A DNA stretch of 64,000 nucleotides from Zancudomyces culisetae HAW-14-8 (GCA_052426225.1 JBNJNM010000011.1:186001-250000), one strand, 5' to 3'; shown: positions 50,295 through 63,073, counted from the first letter of the stretch. Program-made: numbers and translations. Notes: generated by a model from the letters alone, not told the origin.

Positions 50295-50761
50295 TGAGTT
50301 CAGTACACCCACCCATACCCCCCCGTGCACTTTTTTTGTACTAGTAGCATTAACCCATCCTTTTGTAGCATCTATTTTATTTTATTTTATAAACCTTGTA
50401 CTTAGAAATGGTAGCAGCCTAACGCGCTTATACTGAAATAAGAGTGCTAGATACTTTTACTACTTGTTCAATTTTATTGAGCATATAGCAAATTTCGGTT
50501 ATTAAGCATTATTCCGTAGATTTGACAACAAAATTTTAATTACACTTTCAAATTTGTTTGGCAGTTTTCATTTGTCTTTCCTATTTGTTTACTTTTTTTT
50601 TTGCTCATGAAATGCAAAGAAACTAATTTTGTTTGATACTTTTTTTTGGATCAACTGTTCTATATAACTAAACGGTATACAAATCTTGGGCTAATACTAT
50701 AGACAGAAATATACTAAGGCGAATTCTTTAGAATTTTGGAAAAATAAGGCAAAATCAAGCA

Positions 50762-51595
50762 ATGAAACAAAATAATTCCAAAGAATATATGGAGAGGGAT
50801 AAATCCTCAAGTGAACGATTGAATTTCTTGTTGACCAAACACAATCAAAGGAACTCAGGTGTTATTACATCAGAGATAAAAAAGAAATCGGAATATTTTT
50901 TTTCTCAGAGAAAAGGATCATCTGGGCTTGATGTGAGTGAAGCAAATGGTCATTCTGAGGTTAAAAGAACTGGAATTCTGAGCCGTAATAGTGCAGCTCA
51001 GCCACCATTCATAAATGATAATCCATTACACAATACGAATAGCACGGCTACAATTGAAAAGAATGTTCTACCTCATGCGGAGAGTCATAAATACTCAACC
51101 GAAAATGTTCCTAGCGATGAAATAGTGCTCTCAATTTATAACTCTCTTACAACTCAGGAAATTCATCAATATGGTAAAATTTTTGACAAAATGGACATTG
51201 AAGGCCGCAATCTATTATATGTTAAACACCTACCGATAATCACCAAGGCAATTACGATTGTTGAGATTGACAAACAAAAAATTATAAATACACTAAGGAC
51301 GCTACAATTGAATAAAAAGTCGCAGCTGCACAAGAATGAATTTATAGTTTATTGTCATCAGCTTATCCAATCAATTGAAAGATCCGAATATAACTATGCT
51401 GTCTTCAAGTTGTTTTGCTCTGGTTCATCTACGATTATTACTATTGACGATCTGGCAAATGTATCTAATCTTTGTGGTGAATCTTTTAGCACCGAAGAAT
51501 TGGAAGAAATGGTTGATATTGTTGATATGGATGGGAATAATGTTATTGACTTTTTCGAATTTGAAAGCTTTATGGAAAAGGCTGGCGTTTTCTAA
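50762..51595 (+). CDS. Divergent centrin/calmodulin-like EF-hand protein with long N-terminal extension
   Basis: ITIDDLANVSNLCGESFSTEELEEMVDIVDMDGNNVIDFFEF resembles the centrin C-lobe; only the last EF loop looks canonical. Confidence 0.75.
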   Translation: MKQNNSKEYMERDKSSSERLNFLLTKHNQRNSGVITSEIKKKSEYFFSQRKGSSGLDVSEANGHSEVKRTGILSRNSAAQPPFINDNPLHNTNSTATIEKNVLPHAESHKYSTENVPSDEIVLSIYNSLTTQEIHQYGKIFDKMDIEGRNLLYVKHLPIITKAITIVEIDKQKIINTLRTLQLNKKSQLHKNEFIVYCHQLIQSIERSEYNYAVFKLFCSGSSTIITIDDLANVSNLCGESFSTEELEEMVDIVDMDGNNVIDFFEFESFMEKAGVF

Positions 51596-52392
51596 ATAGT
51601 GAAGCTTACACTATTCTCAAAAGTAAAATCCTAGATCACAAGCGCCACATACACTCGTCTTGTCGTTACCTCCTTAATATTCTCATGGTTTTTTTGTCGC
51701 TTTTTGTTTAACCAGTTTTTTTTAATATCTCATCATCCTTTATTGTAAAGGTCTATACCTTTCTGTAACATTATTTTAATGAAATTAAAGCATATCACTG
51801 TACAACGTAATAAAACCAGTATATATATTATTTATTAATGAAATGACGGGTATCAAAACATATTAAAATAATCACTTTAATGTTTTCAGAGTTACAAAGT
51901 AACCTATCACATATTTATTACTTTTTGTAGAAAAATTAGCAAGGATGTGTATTAAACACCAGTCGATAGAAAGGAATGTGTTCTACAACAGGGTTTTTAT
52001 CATTATTTGTTTATAAAAGTTAGTAGACTACAGTGATTCAGTAATCATGTGTTGAGATGATATCTGTTGACTTTTAATAGATACAAGTTATACTCTTAAG
52101 GTTTGTGCTTAAATGAAAACACCTGTTTCAGAAACATGATTGCACCAAAAGGTTTTGAGTTTAGTGGCATCAATTATATAGAGAATAAAAACTTTTGAGT
52201 GTACTTTCTTGCATTAAAAAGCTTTTTGGAAGGCCAAGCTATGCTTTTTCTATCAAAACCTAGATAAAAGAGGTAAATCTTCCAAACGATACTCGACTTA
52301 AATTCTTCTTGCTATCATTCTTTTCACAAAAAGTACAGTTTGAAGTGCAAGTATAATAGCACTAAAAAATAGGACAGAGGAACAAGATAAAA

Positions 52393-52998
52393 ATGAAGCT
52401 CGTAGTGCCAACATTGTGTGCTTTTACACTTATTTTCCAACGCGCGACGGTTGTGCTGGGATTTGAGGACGAGATACTGCAGTTAGTCAAAGCTTCGGGT
52501 AGAACAGACTACATACTTTATGATAGCGATACTCTTGCTACAAGAGGTATTGAGTATGCTTCAATGTACCAGAATGATCCGAATGTAATAGGGTTTACAA
52601 GAATTCCTTTTTCAGAGTACTTCATAGACGATGCTGAGAGTAATGATGGCACAGTGCCTCGAACCAATAAAAAACTATTGATTAAAGAGGTTTGCCAGGT
52701 TAATTATATGGAAAGCGTGAAGAGTATATTATGGGATTATACCACTAAAAAAGTAGATAACTCACAGCAAGGCTACCAGTGTACCTATCCCATATATGAT
52801 GCAAGGATTTGGCACAACGATTTTGCTTACGTTGTTGATAAAAATAGATCATTCTTACAGATTGAATTGTGTGTCAGAAATTTTGAGGTGGATATAAAGT
52901 TTATGGTTCTGCGTATTGCTGAGGGAAAGAGTTTGCAGAAACCCATAAACGCAAATTGTGCGTATTCTTTGTATGCTACTGTGTACAAAGTTGAGTGA
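52393..52998 (+). CDS. Hypothetical secreted protein, 201 aa
   Basis: AAAATG context, signal-peptide-like N-terminus, 606-bp ORF in AT-rich surroundings; no recognised domain. Confidence 0.7.
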   Translation: MKLVVPTLCAFTLIFQRATVVLGFEDEILQLVKASGRTDYILYDSDTLATRGIEYASMYQNDPNVIGFTRIPFSEYFIDDAESNDGTVPRTNKKLLIKEVCQVNYMESVKSILWDYTTKKVDNSQQGYQCTYPIYDARIWHNDFAYVVDKNRSFLQIELCVRNFEVDIKFMVLRIAEGKSLQKPINANCAYSLYATVYKVE

Positions 52999-54808
52999 AA
53001 AAAATAAGATATGGTTTTATGGTTTTATGATTTTGTGGTGTTGTGAAATAATCAATGCTTTATTTGTGGGTATCTTGCGAAAATAAACACGATAATATTA
53101 GGGTATTGTCGTTCATTATATTTTTCAGTATTACATTATACACGTTTAATTCTGCAAATAACAATCGCAATATTATTACACAACATTTCGGGAATAAAGC
53201 CGTGTCCTAAAAAAAGTATGAGTTTAGCATTCATCCTTTCTCTTTCTGCTTTGAAAAGGTAAAAAGTGTTTGGACAGGCAACGTGAATACCTACGAACAT
53301 CCAATAAACGCGAGAATTAATGGTTCAAAATACTACCCAACAATCTACTCTTAATTTTTTGCGGAAATGCTTTGGTGAGATTCGACAACAAGGTAGTTGG
53401 TTTACGGCTTTTCAAACAAATTCCCCCCCAGAAAGAAAATGCTTGGGAGCGTTCGGAAATGCAGTGGTGCAAACATTTTATAAAGCGTTTATATTTTTCT
53501 GGTTTTGTTTGGTGTTTATTTGGGCCGAATAGTGATAAACTACATGCCAGGCTGCACCCATCTGCTTTGCAACTGCATTAGCAGGCTCTTCCCAGTAAAG
53601 TATATGCTTCGTTTTGACCACACGGATCAACAAAAAAAAAACCTAGTGGGGCGCTGTCTGGACTTTCTTCATATTTTTTTTCAACACAAATATTTGAATA
53701 TTTTTCGAGCTTTTTCATAAAAAATTACCATCTCTTCTATGAGGTCAAGAGCAAAAGGCTCACAATAAAGCCATTTGGGTGAGCAAGATTATTTGCTTGA
53801 ATGTTAGCAGGCGCTTGGTATCATAGAGCTTCTTTGCTCAGCTAGTATACTAAAGGCTCGGCAGCTTTTGTACGATGCTGCCAAGATCCTCAGAAACTGG
53901 TATTAATTTCAGGGGCTTTCCATCTCCTAGATGTGATTTTCGGTATTTTATCCGATTTCCTCCCCCCCAAAAAAACTCCTTTCCTGTTTCTATAAAATAA
54001 TGTATTTTTTTTTGGGGGGGAGTTCGCTGATTCCCGGTCATTTGTTTCAGCTAATTTAAACGATTTCTTTCCTTTTTGTTCCAAGTTCTGTAATTCCAAT
54101 TTTTAATTATACTTCCAATTAGCTTTACCTTGGTTTTTGAACAAGTTGAGTGGACTATTGGGAAAAAAGATTCTATAAAACAATTACCGTCAATTACAAA
54201 CCTGCTTGATAAAAGAAAAAAAGAGCCAATAAAAGGCTACAAACCAAACTACTTACTAGCCGCTGTATAAGGGCTTTTTAGGCTTGGGAAGGATGTTATT
54301 ACTTGCAGTTTTATAGATATTGCACAAAGTACTAAGCTCAAGATTATCTGTTTTCTTCCATATATATATATTTTCGCTTTTAATTGAATTCGAGAGGGTA
54401 GAGTCTAGAGACACAAAACAGCAAAGAACCGTTCAAACAATGCTTTACTCAATCGACGCACATTCAATTTTTATACAAACATTCTGAAATCTTAGTAATA
54501 ATAAACGACGGATTTAAGAAAGCCACCTAGAGTGGTGTCAAAATATTTGCTGTATATCATATCTGCTTTAAGAATACCGATTCGGAACTTCTAGGCTCAT
54601 CAACAAAGATTAATAAATGCAAAGAAATAAATCCCAAACAATAGGAAGGTGCGAAGAGCAAATTATATTTCAAATTAAGACGAATCGAGACCAATAAAAA
54701 CTATATAATCGAATTAAACTAAAAGTATAAGAAAACGACGAAAAAATTACAGTATACTCAAATAAAAATAGCTGAATCAGGTGCCCACGTATTAAATAGA
54801 AAAACAAG

Positions 54809-56506
54809 ATGGAGTGCATAGATATAAATAATAACAAAAACATGGAAGAAAGTAGTGAACAACGTAATGGTCGTGTTGCAGAGCTCGTAAAAAGCTATAC
54901 TAATCAGATTAATCGAGTTTCAGTGGATGAGAAAGACGCTAGAATTGCAAACGACTGTTTTTTGGGGACAAAAAAAAATATAGAAGGAGAAAATGAGGGA
55001 GGAGAGGGATTTTATAAAATTAAATCCGAACCAGCTCGAGCAACCTCGCCACCGCCTATGACAACAAATGAGAGTAGGGCAATGAATGCAGCAGCAGAGC
55101 AATCGCCTTTTGTAGAGCAGGTAAAGGTAAAAGAGAGAGGAAGAGAAACGCGGAAACGTACAGTCAAAGACTTTTTTTTTGGACGAACATTAGGCGAAGG
55201 GTCATATTCAACAGTGGTTGAAGCAACAGAGGTTGAAACAGAAAAAATCTATGCAGCCAAGATTCTGGATAAGCGGCATATAATCAAGGAGAAAAAAACC
55301 AAATATGTAACAATAGAAAGAAACGTGCTACATAAGTTGCGACACCCTTTTATTGTAAGACTACATTATGCATTTCAGGACAAGCAGAGTTTGTATTTTA
55401 TTCTTGACCTGGCAGCCAATGGGGAGCTTTTGTCTTGGGTTAGAAAGTACGGAGGATTAAGCGAGCCAGTAGCAAAACACTATATGGCAGAACTAATACT
55501 AGCCGTTGAATATATGCACCAAAATGGTGTTGTACATAGAGATTTGAAGCCTGAAAATATTCTACTGGGGAGTGATATGCATATACTAATAGCCGATTTC
55601 GGAACAGCAAAGCTTCTTGGTGAAAATGACGGTTCGAGGACAAATTCGTTTGTTGGAACCGCAGAATACGTTTCGCCAGAACTTTTGATGGATAGACAGG
55701 AGGCAAATATTAGGGGTTCAGATATATGGGCTCTTGGTTGTATTGCTTATCAGCTCCTTGCTGGAAGACCCCCATTCAAAGCAACCAACGAGTATCAAAC
55801 ATTCCAGAAAATCCTAAAAAACGAGTACGAATTTCCTCCTCATTTCTCTGTTCACGCAAAGGATTTTATCAGGCGCATTTTGGTTTTGGATCCAAATTAT
55901 CGTCTTGGCTGCTGCTTTTTTAAGGACTCGGACCCTGACACTATTCCCAATTTTGATGATCTGAAATCCCATCCGTTCTTTACCGGGATCGATTGGTCCA
56001 ACTTATCTAACTCTAATCCTCCCCAAATGTCCGGCCTTTTATCTGATTCCTCTTCCAAGAAACTCAGTACTCTAAATGTTTCCAGAGTTTCTATTGATAA
56101 CTTTTCTGTTATCTCTGATATCAAAAACTCACCTGTACATCTAGTCTTTAACAAATCCAGTGTAGTGCCCAATGGCAAAACTGCTGTATCCTTATCACCC
56201 TTTCAGCCAGTGAGTATAGCTGCTCCGACGAGTTTATATGTCACCCCTGCCTCTAGCCCAAATGTTGACTACATTGATGCCGTTTCCTTTGCTCCCAAAA
56301 ACAACAACAATAGCAATAATCCTATATGTAAAGAGTACTCTTCCTCAACAAGCCCCATCCACATAGAGTATCCTACTGGATCTAATAATAACAACGCCTA
56401 TGCGCCCCAGAAAAAGTATACTTCATCATCGTCTTCCTCCCTCAGTTCCTGTCTTGCCACATTAAAGGATATCTTCTCATGCTCTTGGTGCAAAAATAGC
56501 TCATAG
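54809..56506 (+). CDS. PDK1/Pkh/Ksg1-family Ser/Thr kinase lacking a recognisable PH domain
   Basis: LGEGSYSTV, KILDKRHIIKEKKTKYV, HRDLKPENIL, DFGTAK, RTNSFVGTAEYVSPELL, EYQTFQKI. Confidence 0.93.
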   Translation: MECIDINNNKNMEESSEQRNGRVAELVKSYTNQINRVSVDEKDARIANDCFLGTKKNIEGENEGGEGFYKIKSEPARATSPPPMTTNESRAMNAAAEQSPFVEQVKVKERGRETRKRTVKDFFFGRTLGEGSYSTVVEATEVETEKIYAAKILDKRHIIKEKKTKYVTIERNVLHKLRHPFIVRLHYAFQDKQSLYFILDLAANGELLSWVRKYGGLSEPVAKHYMAELILAVEYMHQNGVVHRDLKPENILLGSDMHILIADFGTAKLLGENDGSRTNSFVGTAEYVSPELLMDRQEANIRGSDIWALGCIAYQLLAGRPPFKATNEYQTFQKILKNEYEFPPHFSVHAKDFIRRILVLDPNYRLGCCFFKDSDPDTIPNFDDLKSHPFFTGIDWSNLSNSNPPQMSGLLSDSSSKKLSTLNVSRVSIDNFSVISDIKNSPVHLVFNKSSVVPNGKTAVSLSPFQPVSIAAPTSLYVTPASSPNVDYIDAVSFAPKNNNNSNNPICKEYSSSTSPIHIEYPTGSNNNNAYAPQKKYTSSSSSSLSSCLATLKDIFSCSWCKNSS

Positions 56507-57545
56507 TATCACTACTTTTTTTTCTTTTTTATGTAGAATTTTTCTGTTGGGTATACATATACATACATACATAGATATGATTATGCTGCTTTTTTCTGTG
56601 TTGGCTTTTTTTCTAAGAGGAGCCACTTGCTTGGGTAAATTGATCTTGGATGAACTTAAAGTGCAGCAGGCCGCTATATCAAGTATGCAAATGGTTCCCC
56701 TATGACTTGGAACTGCAAGGGTTTATTTTTGTTTCAAAGTATTCATTAGTAAGCTTATAGATGTGTGTAATTGCTAGATGATGTCTTTTTGGATAAATAT
56801 ACTTGGCAAAAATTTTGAAATAAACTTTGAGCGCTATGAATACTCAAAAGTTAAGAACAGTATTTCTTATTTCAACATACCTATAGTTACTGGCCGGTAT
56901 TATTGGTACACTATCTGATGCTATAATGAATTGGTCAAAATGCAGATATATTTTCGAAAACAACTTTTTAATTTAGCAAACTCTTTTCTAAGGTGGTTAT
57001 AGAATCCCCCTCTCTTATCCCTTTTCCCTCGCTAGGCCAAGGATATGTATCCTTTTTTTTGCATTTGGAAATTATACCTTTTTTGAATGACGTTTCTTTA
57101 TGTATGGTTGCATCTTATGCTATTGAGTCAAGAGTATATTTCAAGGGGTTTCAAAGTCTACTCTATCATGAAGGTATTTTTGAAGTATCATCGTTTTTTA
57201 CCTCATAATTTACATATAACGACGAATGGGGGGGGGGGTATTATGCTAACCTTCGTGGGTGTTCGAAACTATCCGATAACATATTCAGTCCCAACTATAT
57301 CTATATGCTCACACACCTTTTTGGATTTGGTATTGCCGACAGCTGCATTTTTATTCGATACTGCTATAATAACTGCTGTTCACGAAGTGTATTGGCGCTT
57401 TTTTTTTTAGGTAGTGGGTGCAATCTTGGTTTATTAGGATTAATTTGCATATAATTTTTTTTTGTTTTTTCAGCTTCAATGGAATACTTAAAAAGCTTTG
57501 CAAACTTGTTCTTTTCAACAATTAGTAAAGTCAAAAGCGCCAAGA

Positions 57546-58291
57546 ATGTCCGAGTATGAACATGGTGCGGTGAGAGCACCATTGAAATTGAAATTGAAGG
57601 GCACAGCGAACAAAAAAAGGTATTGTATTGTATTGTATTGTTTTAGCTACATTCGCTTCATAAAAGGCATCAATTTACGTGAAGAAGTGGAATTAAGATT
57701 GGCTAACACTTCCTATAGCAAAAAGCGGAAATGCAGCACAGAAGATTCAGAGAAGATCAATGTACTCAAATCGATGCCGAAAGCACAAGGACACGATGAA
57801 ACGATAGGTGAAAGCTCTGAGGATACCAAAGTAAGGCTCACTGGAGGCCTTTCTTCGGACACATCTAGTTTAAAAAGAGATCAACCTCTCAAGAACCCCC
57901 ACGAAATTAAACTTACCGAAAGCGAAAGACGTTTCAAAGAGGTTCAGGACAAAAGAAAACGCAAAAAGATTGAGGAATTTGTTAAAAAGTCACATAAGGA
58001 AAAGGTTCAGGTTAGTACAGTAAAAACATTTAAAATTAATTTGTACATGGAATGCTATTTTACTACCAAGTAGTAAGGATTTCCAGTAATTGCCACAAGT
58101 ATTATTAAATAATAGGAATTCAACGAGAGGCTTGCTAGACTACCTGAGCACCACGATATGCCAAAGGTATGTTAAATTGGTTTGCACTTTGATATACAAA
58201 AATGGGCAGTTTTATGCGTTTTACATTCATTTTTTATAGCATAAGCTTAACGTGAGTTAATATACCCCTTTTTTAGGTTGGCCCTGGTTAA
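57546..58291 (+). CDS. FAM32A/DUF1754 family protein, 4 exons
   Basis: MSEYEH..LKLKG; LTESERRF..KSHKEKVQ|EFNERLARLPEHHDMPK|VGPG* assembled across GT-AG introns. Confidence 0.88.
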
Positions 58292-59578
58292 ATTTTTTCT
58301 TTACATTTGTTTTTTCTTGCCTAGTTTATTTTGTATGTATTTTATGATTCTGCTCTTTATACCAAACTTTACTAAGTGAGCTTATAGAAGCTGGCTTTAT
58401 CTTTATTTATTTTGAACATAGTAATGTGGCTTTTTTTTTCACTCTCTATTTGTTCGTTTAACTTTAATTAATTTTTTTTCCAGATCTTTGCGACTAAAAT
58501 GAATAAGGTCGTTGATTACAAGAGCCAGACACTGGCAAATCAAAGTCGGAGAAACAGTAACAATCCATCTTCCATTTGATTTTTATATTTTTTTATGCAA
58601 AAAGAGGACACAGTCTCGAATTACCACATCGTTCACGCCTACAAGACATTAGAATCCATCTGTACCAATATCGTGAGCGGTATTGATTTGAAAAGAAGGG
58701 ATAAGCGCGATAGTTTCTCGAATAGAATTTCTATAAAAATCCCCTTTTTTGCAACTTGCGTTTCCGCTACTCTTGTAGTTTTGAAAATCTTGGAAATAAC
58801 ATAATATTTTCAGCGGACAGTTATCCAAAACTCATTGGATTGACTCTACATGCTAGACTCTTTTATGACCACTAGTTGGTGTTTATTTTTCTGTTAGAAG
58901 ATCTTGCTTTCTTAAAACAAGTGACAAAAAAGGAAACGCAATAAAACTCTAAACTAGCTGTACAGCTTTCATATCCCATCTACTCTAGAAGACAAGACAT
59001 AACTTCTAGCAATATTTGTACAGTCGAATGGGGTGGCTACAGGGAAGCTTTGGTGTATGAGTATTTTTAACGTTTCAAGACAAAGTATAACTCAGTGATC
59101 CATGTTAATGTTGAATTGGTGGCTTTTTATCCCAGGAATGAGTAACTTGTGCGTGAAGATATTTAGATAAGACTGCTTCATCCTCTTCCATATATTCAGC
59201 GTACTTGCAATTGGTTCTTTCAATCACCTTCTGTATTTTGTTTTTGTGCTTGCCTTAAATACTAGCAAACGCGTTATAATCTTTTGAAAGTAATTATAGC
59301 CTGATAGTTTCTAAACTGTAATAGCAATAATATTTGCGAGAATATATACAAAAACAATAATAACTGTACACTTGATATTCATTACTAGTATTTTGGTTAC
59401 ATTTTGTCAGAATTAACTAACGTATATGCTAGCTACTAACTAAAAGACAACTATAAAATATCAAAAAAAACAAGAACATAAACTGCTAGAAAGTTACAAC
59501 TATACTACAGGTAGAAGAAAATTAATGTGGGAATACTAACAAGAAAAGCCAAAGAGGGACAATAAAAAATTCTAGAAA

Positions 59579-62101
59579 ATGAGTTCCCTTCCTGCCGAGC
59601 TTATAATAACGCTGTTGGTAATATATCTCGCCTCGGGGCTGATAATGTTCGCACTATCCATCCTACTGAGGATTAAGTTTCCGAGTCAATCAAGAATTGT
59701 TCAGATAGGGCATTCGCCCTATATCGCACTGTGCGATATCGGAATGGCAACAGTTCTAATAACTTCGAATTCGCTGGATTTCACAGAAATAAATACCTAT
59801 GTAATCAAGCTAATAATATACCTATACTACTTTTTCCCAACATTCTATATTTTTCTGGTGGCAACAATAGCGCTCGATTTGCAACTAGCATTTATATATC
59901 GATCAAAGAAAGCCAAAACGCTTAAAAAACATTACCCATCATTTTGTTTTTTTGTAGCTTTTATTATCACTTGCCCAGTATTTGTAGGTGATATTATTAT
60001 CAACGAAACACGAACACGGATATTTGTCATTTATGGAAGCTATGCGTTAAATACGGCTGTAGAACTAATTTGCAAAATAATTCCTTATACTTTGAGCATA
60101 GTGTATATTTTTGTTGTGCTTGTCCAATTCACTGCATGTATAGTGTTGAATAAAGGCTCCAGCCAGGGTTTTCAAAAAAAGACTCAGATTTTGTCGGAAA
60201 AATATGTAAAACAACATGAAAAAGAATCGGCAGCCAGCACACCCTCATCGATTAATACATTCGAAGCGTTGGTTGGAACACCCGAGAAACCATCTACTGG
60301 TAACGATGGAAAGATTTCAAGAGCTATCCGTTCTATTCGTCAGATAGGAAGAAGTCGTACCAGTCCTATTCACGAACCCAGTGTAAGGAAAAGTTGTGTC
60401 AAAAGAAGTTTAGAGCGAATTGATTATTTTTCCTTTTGCTCGGGGTCACGTAGGGCTAGCAGAGCAAAAAGAAGTGGTGATGGTAAGTTTTTATCTTTAT
60501 TTTTTTTTAGATATCATGTCAAGAGATTTTTTAAACTGGAGTATTTATTTTTCTTAAAAAAAAACAAATTCTTATAGCCGAAGAAGAACAAAAAGATGGT
60601 GGTGCAAGATCCTCTAAAGCTTCGGTGTATACCTATAGTGGTGGTGATGGGAAGAAGAATATACGTGCAGAGCCTGTGAGCTTGGCTGATGATGGAGCAT
60701 GTCGATTAACGGATACGTTTCCATTACCCAAAGCGTCTAATAAAGGGCCAGAAAGTATAAAAACGCATAAAGGTAGAGTCTCTTTTAAAAAGCGTAGCAT
60801 TATGAATCAGCTACAACGAAAGGCGAATGAGAAAAAAATACGATGGCTGGTTATTCGCTTGGCGCTCTTCCCATTGGCCCCACTTACATGTCAACTCTGG
60901 GAAAGAATAAGCACCTTTTTATTCGGTATTAAGGTGGGTGTGGTAACTGGTTCTACACCAATTACAAATCAGACTTACGACTGGCTAGACTTTCTGATGA
61001 TTTGTTTGTTGTGTTTTCAAGGACCGTTGAATTTGATAATCTTTTTATTAAATCCCACCGTTTTTGCATCGTTGAAGTTACTTTTGAGACGTGTTCGATA
61101 TCTTGAGCTTGGTGGAAAAAATAGGTATGATGAATTCAGTGATCTCGGAAAAAATCATGTTTACAATGTTCCTTCTCGAAAAGTAAGTCTTGAAGGCGCA
61201 GACAATGCAATACGTTTTGGTGAATCCTCGTGCATACCCCAAGACACGCAGCAGCAGCGTTCAGTAGCCAATGAAAAAAACGGTGATAAAGGGCATGTAT
61301 CCATTTTTTTTACCGAGTACAGCAAGAAGGGTAATCCTAAAGCCTCTATATCACCTGTTGGTATCTATGGAAAAACCAACACAATTCCAACACAGGAATG
61401 TAAACTCACCAAACCAGGTTCAGCAAACACACACGAAGGCAGAGGAATAGGATCAGTCTTAAGTTTTAATACTAGCGATGCACTATCGAAAATATCATCA
61501 TATATTAGAGCACCGCCGTTACAAGCTGTCGGAACAAGTAGGACAGTACATAGTACAATAGAACCCCAAACCACCAATGATAGACTTAAACCTATCAGCG
61601 ATATGTCTAAGAGGCTTGATCAAAATCTGCCAAAGAATAGTAACACAGAAATACCCTCGTTGTACTCAAGGACAGAGAGTAGCATTTCTTCAAAAAATGA
61701 TGTACAGGTGGGTGGTTCTTCCGACACTCAAAGATATCCGGAGTGCGCATACGAAGAGGCCTTCTCAAAAAACACTGTTTCCGTTATTAACTTTACAGAC
61801 ATTGCAGAGCATACAAATGTTATAAATACAAGTGAAGAGCCTGGCGTGTTTGGCCAAAAAGATTCCCACACAGAATCCTGTACATTAAGCACGTTTTTAT
61901 TTGAAAGCAGTACCAATGCAGGTAAGTTTATGAACCCGTTTACCATTACGCGTATACCAGCTAAAACATGATGCTAGAAAAGTATGTTGTTATTAATATT
62001 ATTACTCCATCTATATATCTTTAATAGATGACCATGATAGTATCAATCCTGACGAAATTTACCAGTCAATTCCACCACCACCATTTTTTTTAAAATTTTA
62101 A
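59579..62101 (+). CDS. Seven-transmembrane receptor-like protein (cAMP-receptor/Git3-like GPCR type); exons 59579-60482, 60578-61921, probably 62028-62101
   Basis: Five TM segments in exon 1 (including IALDLQLAFI), a long loop, then RLALFPLAP and QGPLNLIIFLLNP as TM6 and TM7. Both introns are phase-1 GTAAGT..TAG and keep the frame. Without the second intron the ORF stops at 61971. Confidence 0.72.
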
Positions 62102-62590
62102 GTTTAGAGTGTTTAATGTGATATATTTGAATTGCTTTTATAATCCCACTAATTTTATTTAATACTTTATAGCATGTAATAAACAAGTTGTGAAATATTT
62201 TAAAAGAAGTCCTAAGAGTGTGATATTTAGCTTGCACCTTTGTCTCAAATATTTATTGTTCTAAGTATGTGGAAATAGTACTCAACCTTCCGAAGGGGAG
62301 GGGGGGGGGGGGCGAGGCTTTTGTTTATTTTTATTATTGTATTTACCGTTTTCCTCAACTTGCTTAAAAAATACAGGAAATAGAATCTACTAGGAAAACA
62401 TTTAGCTCCAATTCGGAAGCTACTTAACCAGGCTGTTTGATCCCAAAAAGCTGAAAAAGCACCTTTCCTGAATCAAAAAGCATTTATAGTTAATAACAAA
62501 GTTTTACTTTTATTGAATATCGTGATACTAAAACACACTTTTCTATTGAAACATTCCGATTTAAGGAATATTAAAAGTTATACAATATGG

Positions 62591-63073
62591 TTATTTCAAA
62601 GTAATTCTCTTATGGCTTAATATAAAATATAAAACAATAAACACAGCTATCAAAGAAATAACTAAAAAGGCCAATATAGATATTACTATTAATTTTTTCT
62701 TTTTTGATCTCCCTGAACTTTTATCTACAGTACCTCTCTCAATATTAGAAACCCAAAATGAACTTGAGCCTAAATTTCCCGAATAGGGGGTTTTTTGTCC
62801 ACTTACTTGGGTTCCATCCAGAGACACATCCCTTAGATTTAGCTGATCCATAGTAATTTTAAAATCCTCTTGTAAGGATTCAGTGCTCTTTGTATCCGTC
62901 GGTGACGGTTTCTTAATGGTTATTGTTTCAAAATCTACAGACACATCCTCTTTTGATGTGTTGATTTCCTGTACTTTTGGAGTGGCGTTCGATGTTGAAG
63001 TGGGTGGTTTAGGTAATTCTTTATTTTGTGGTAGTACTGACTGCTTCAGGTTTATTTTTTTTGATTGGTACAT
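62591..63073 (-). CDS. Hypothetical tail-anchored membrane protein, 160 aa
   Basis: Disordered S/T/K-rich N-terminus, KKKK, one hydrophobic C-terminal helix and a short basic tail. Confidence 0.6.
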   Translation of the reverse strand: MYQSKKINLKQSVLPQNKELPKPPTSTSNATPKVQEINTSKEDVSVDFETITIKKPSPTDTKSTESLQEDFKITMDQLNLRDVSLDGTQVSGQKTPYSGNLGSSSFWVSNIERGTVDKSSGRSKKKKLIVISILAFLVISLIAVFIVLYFILSHKRITLK

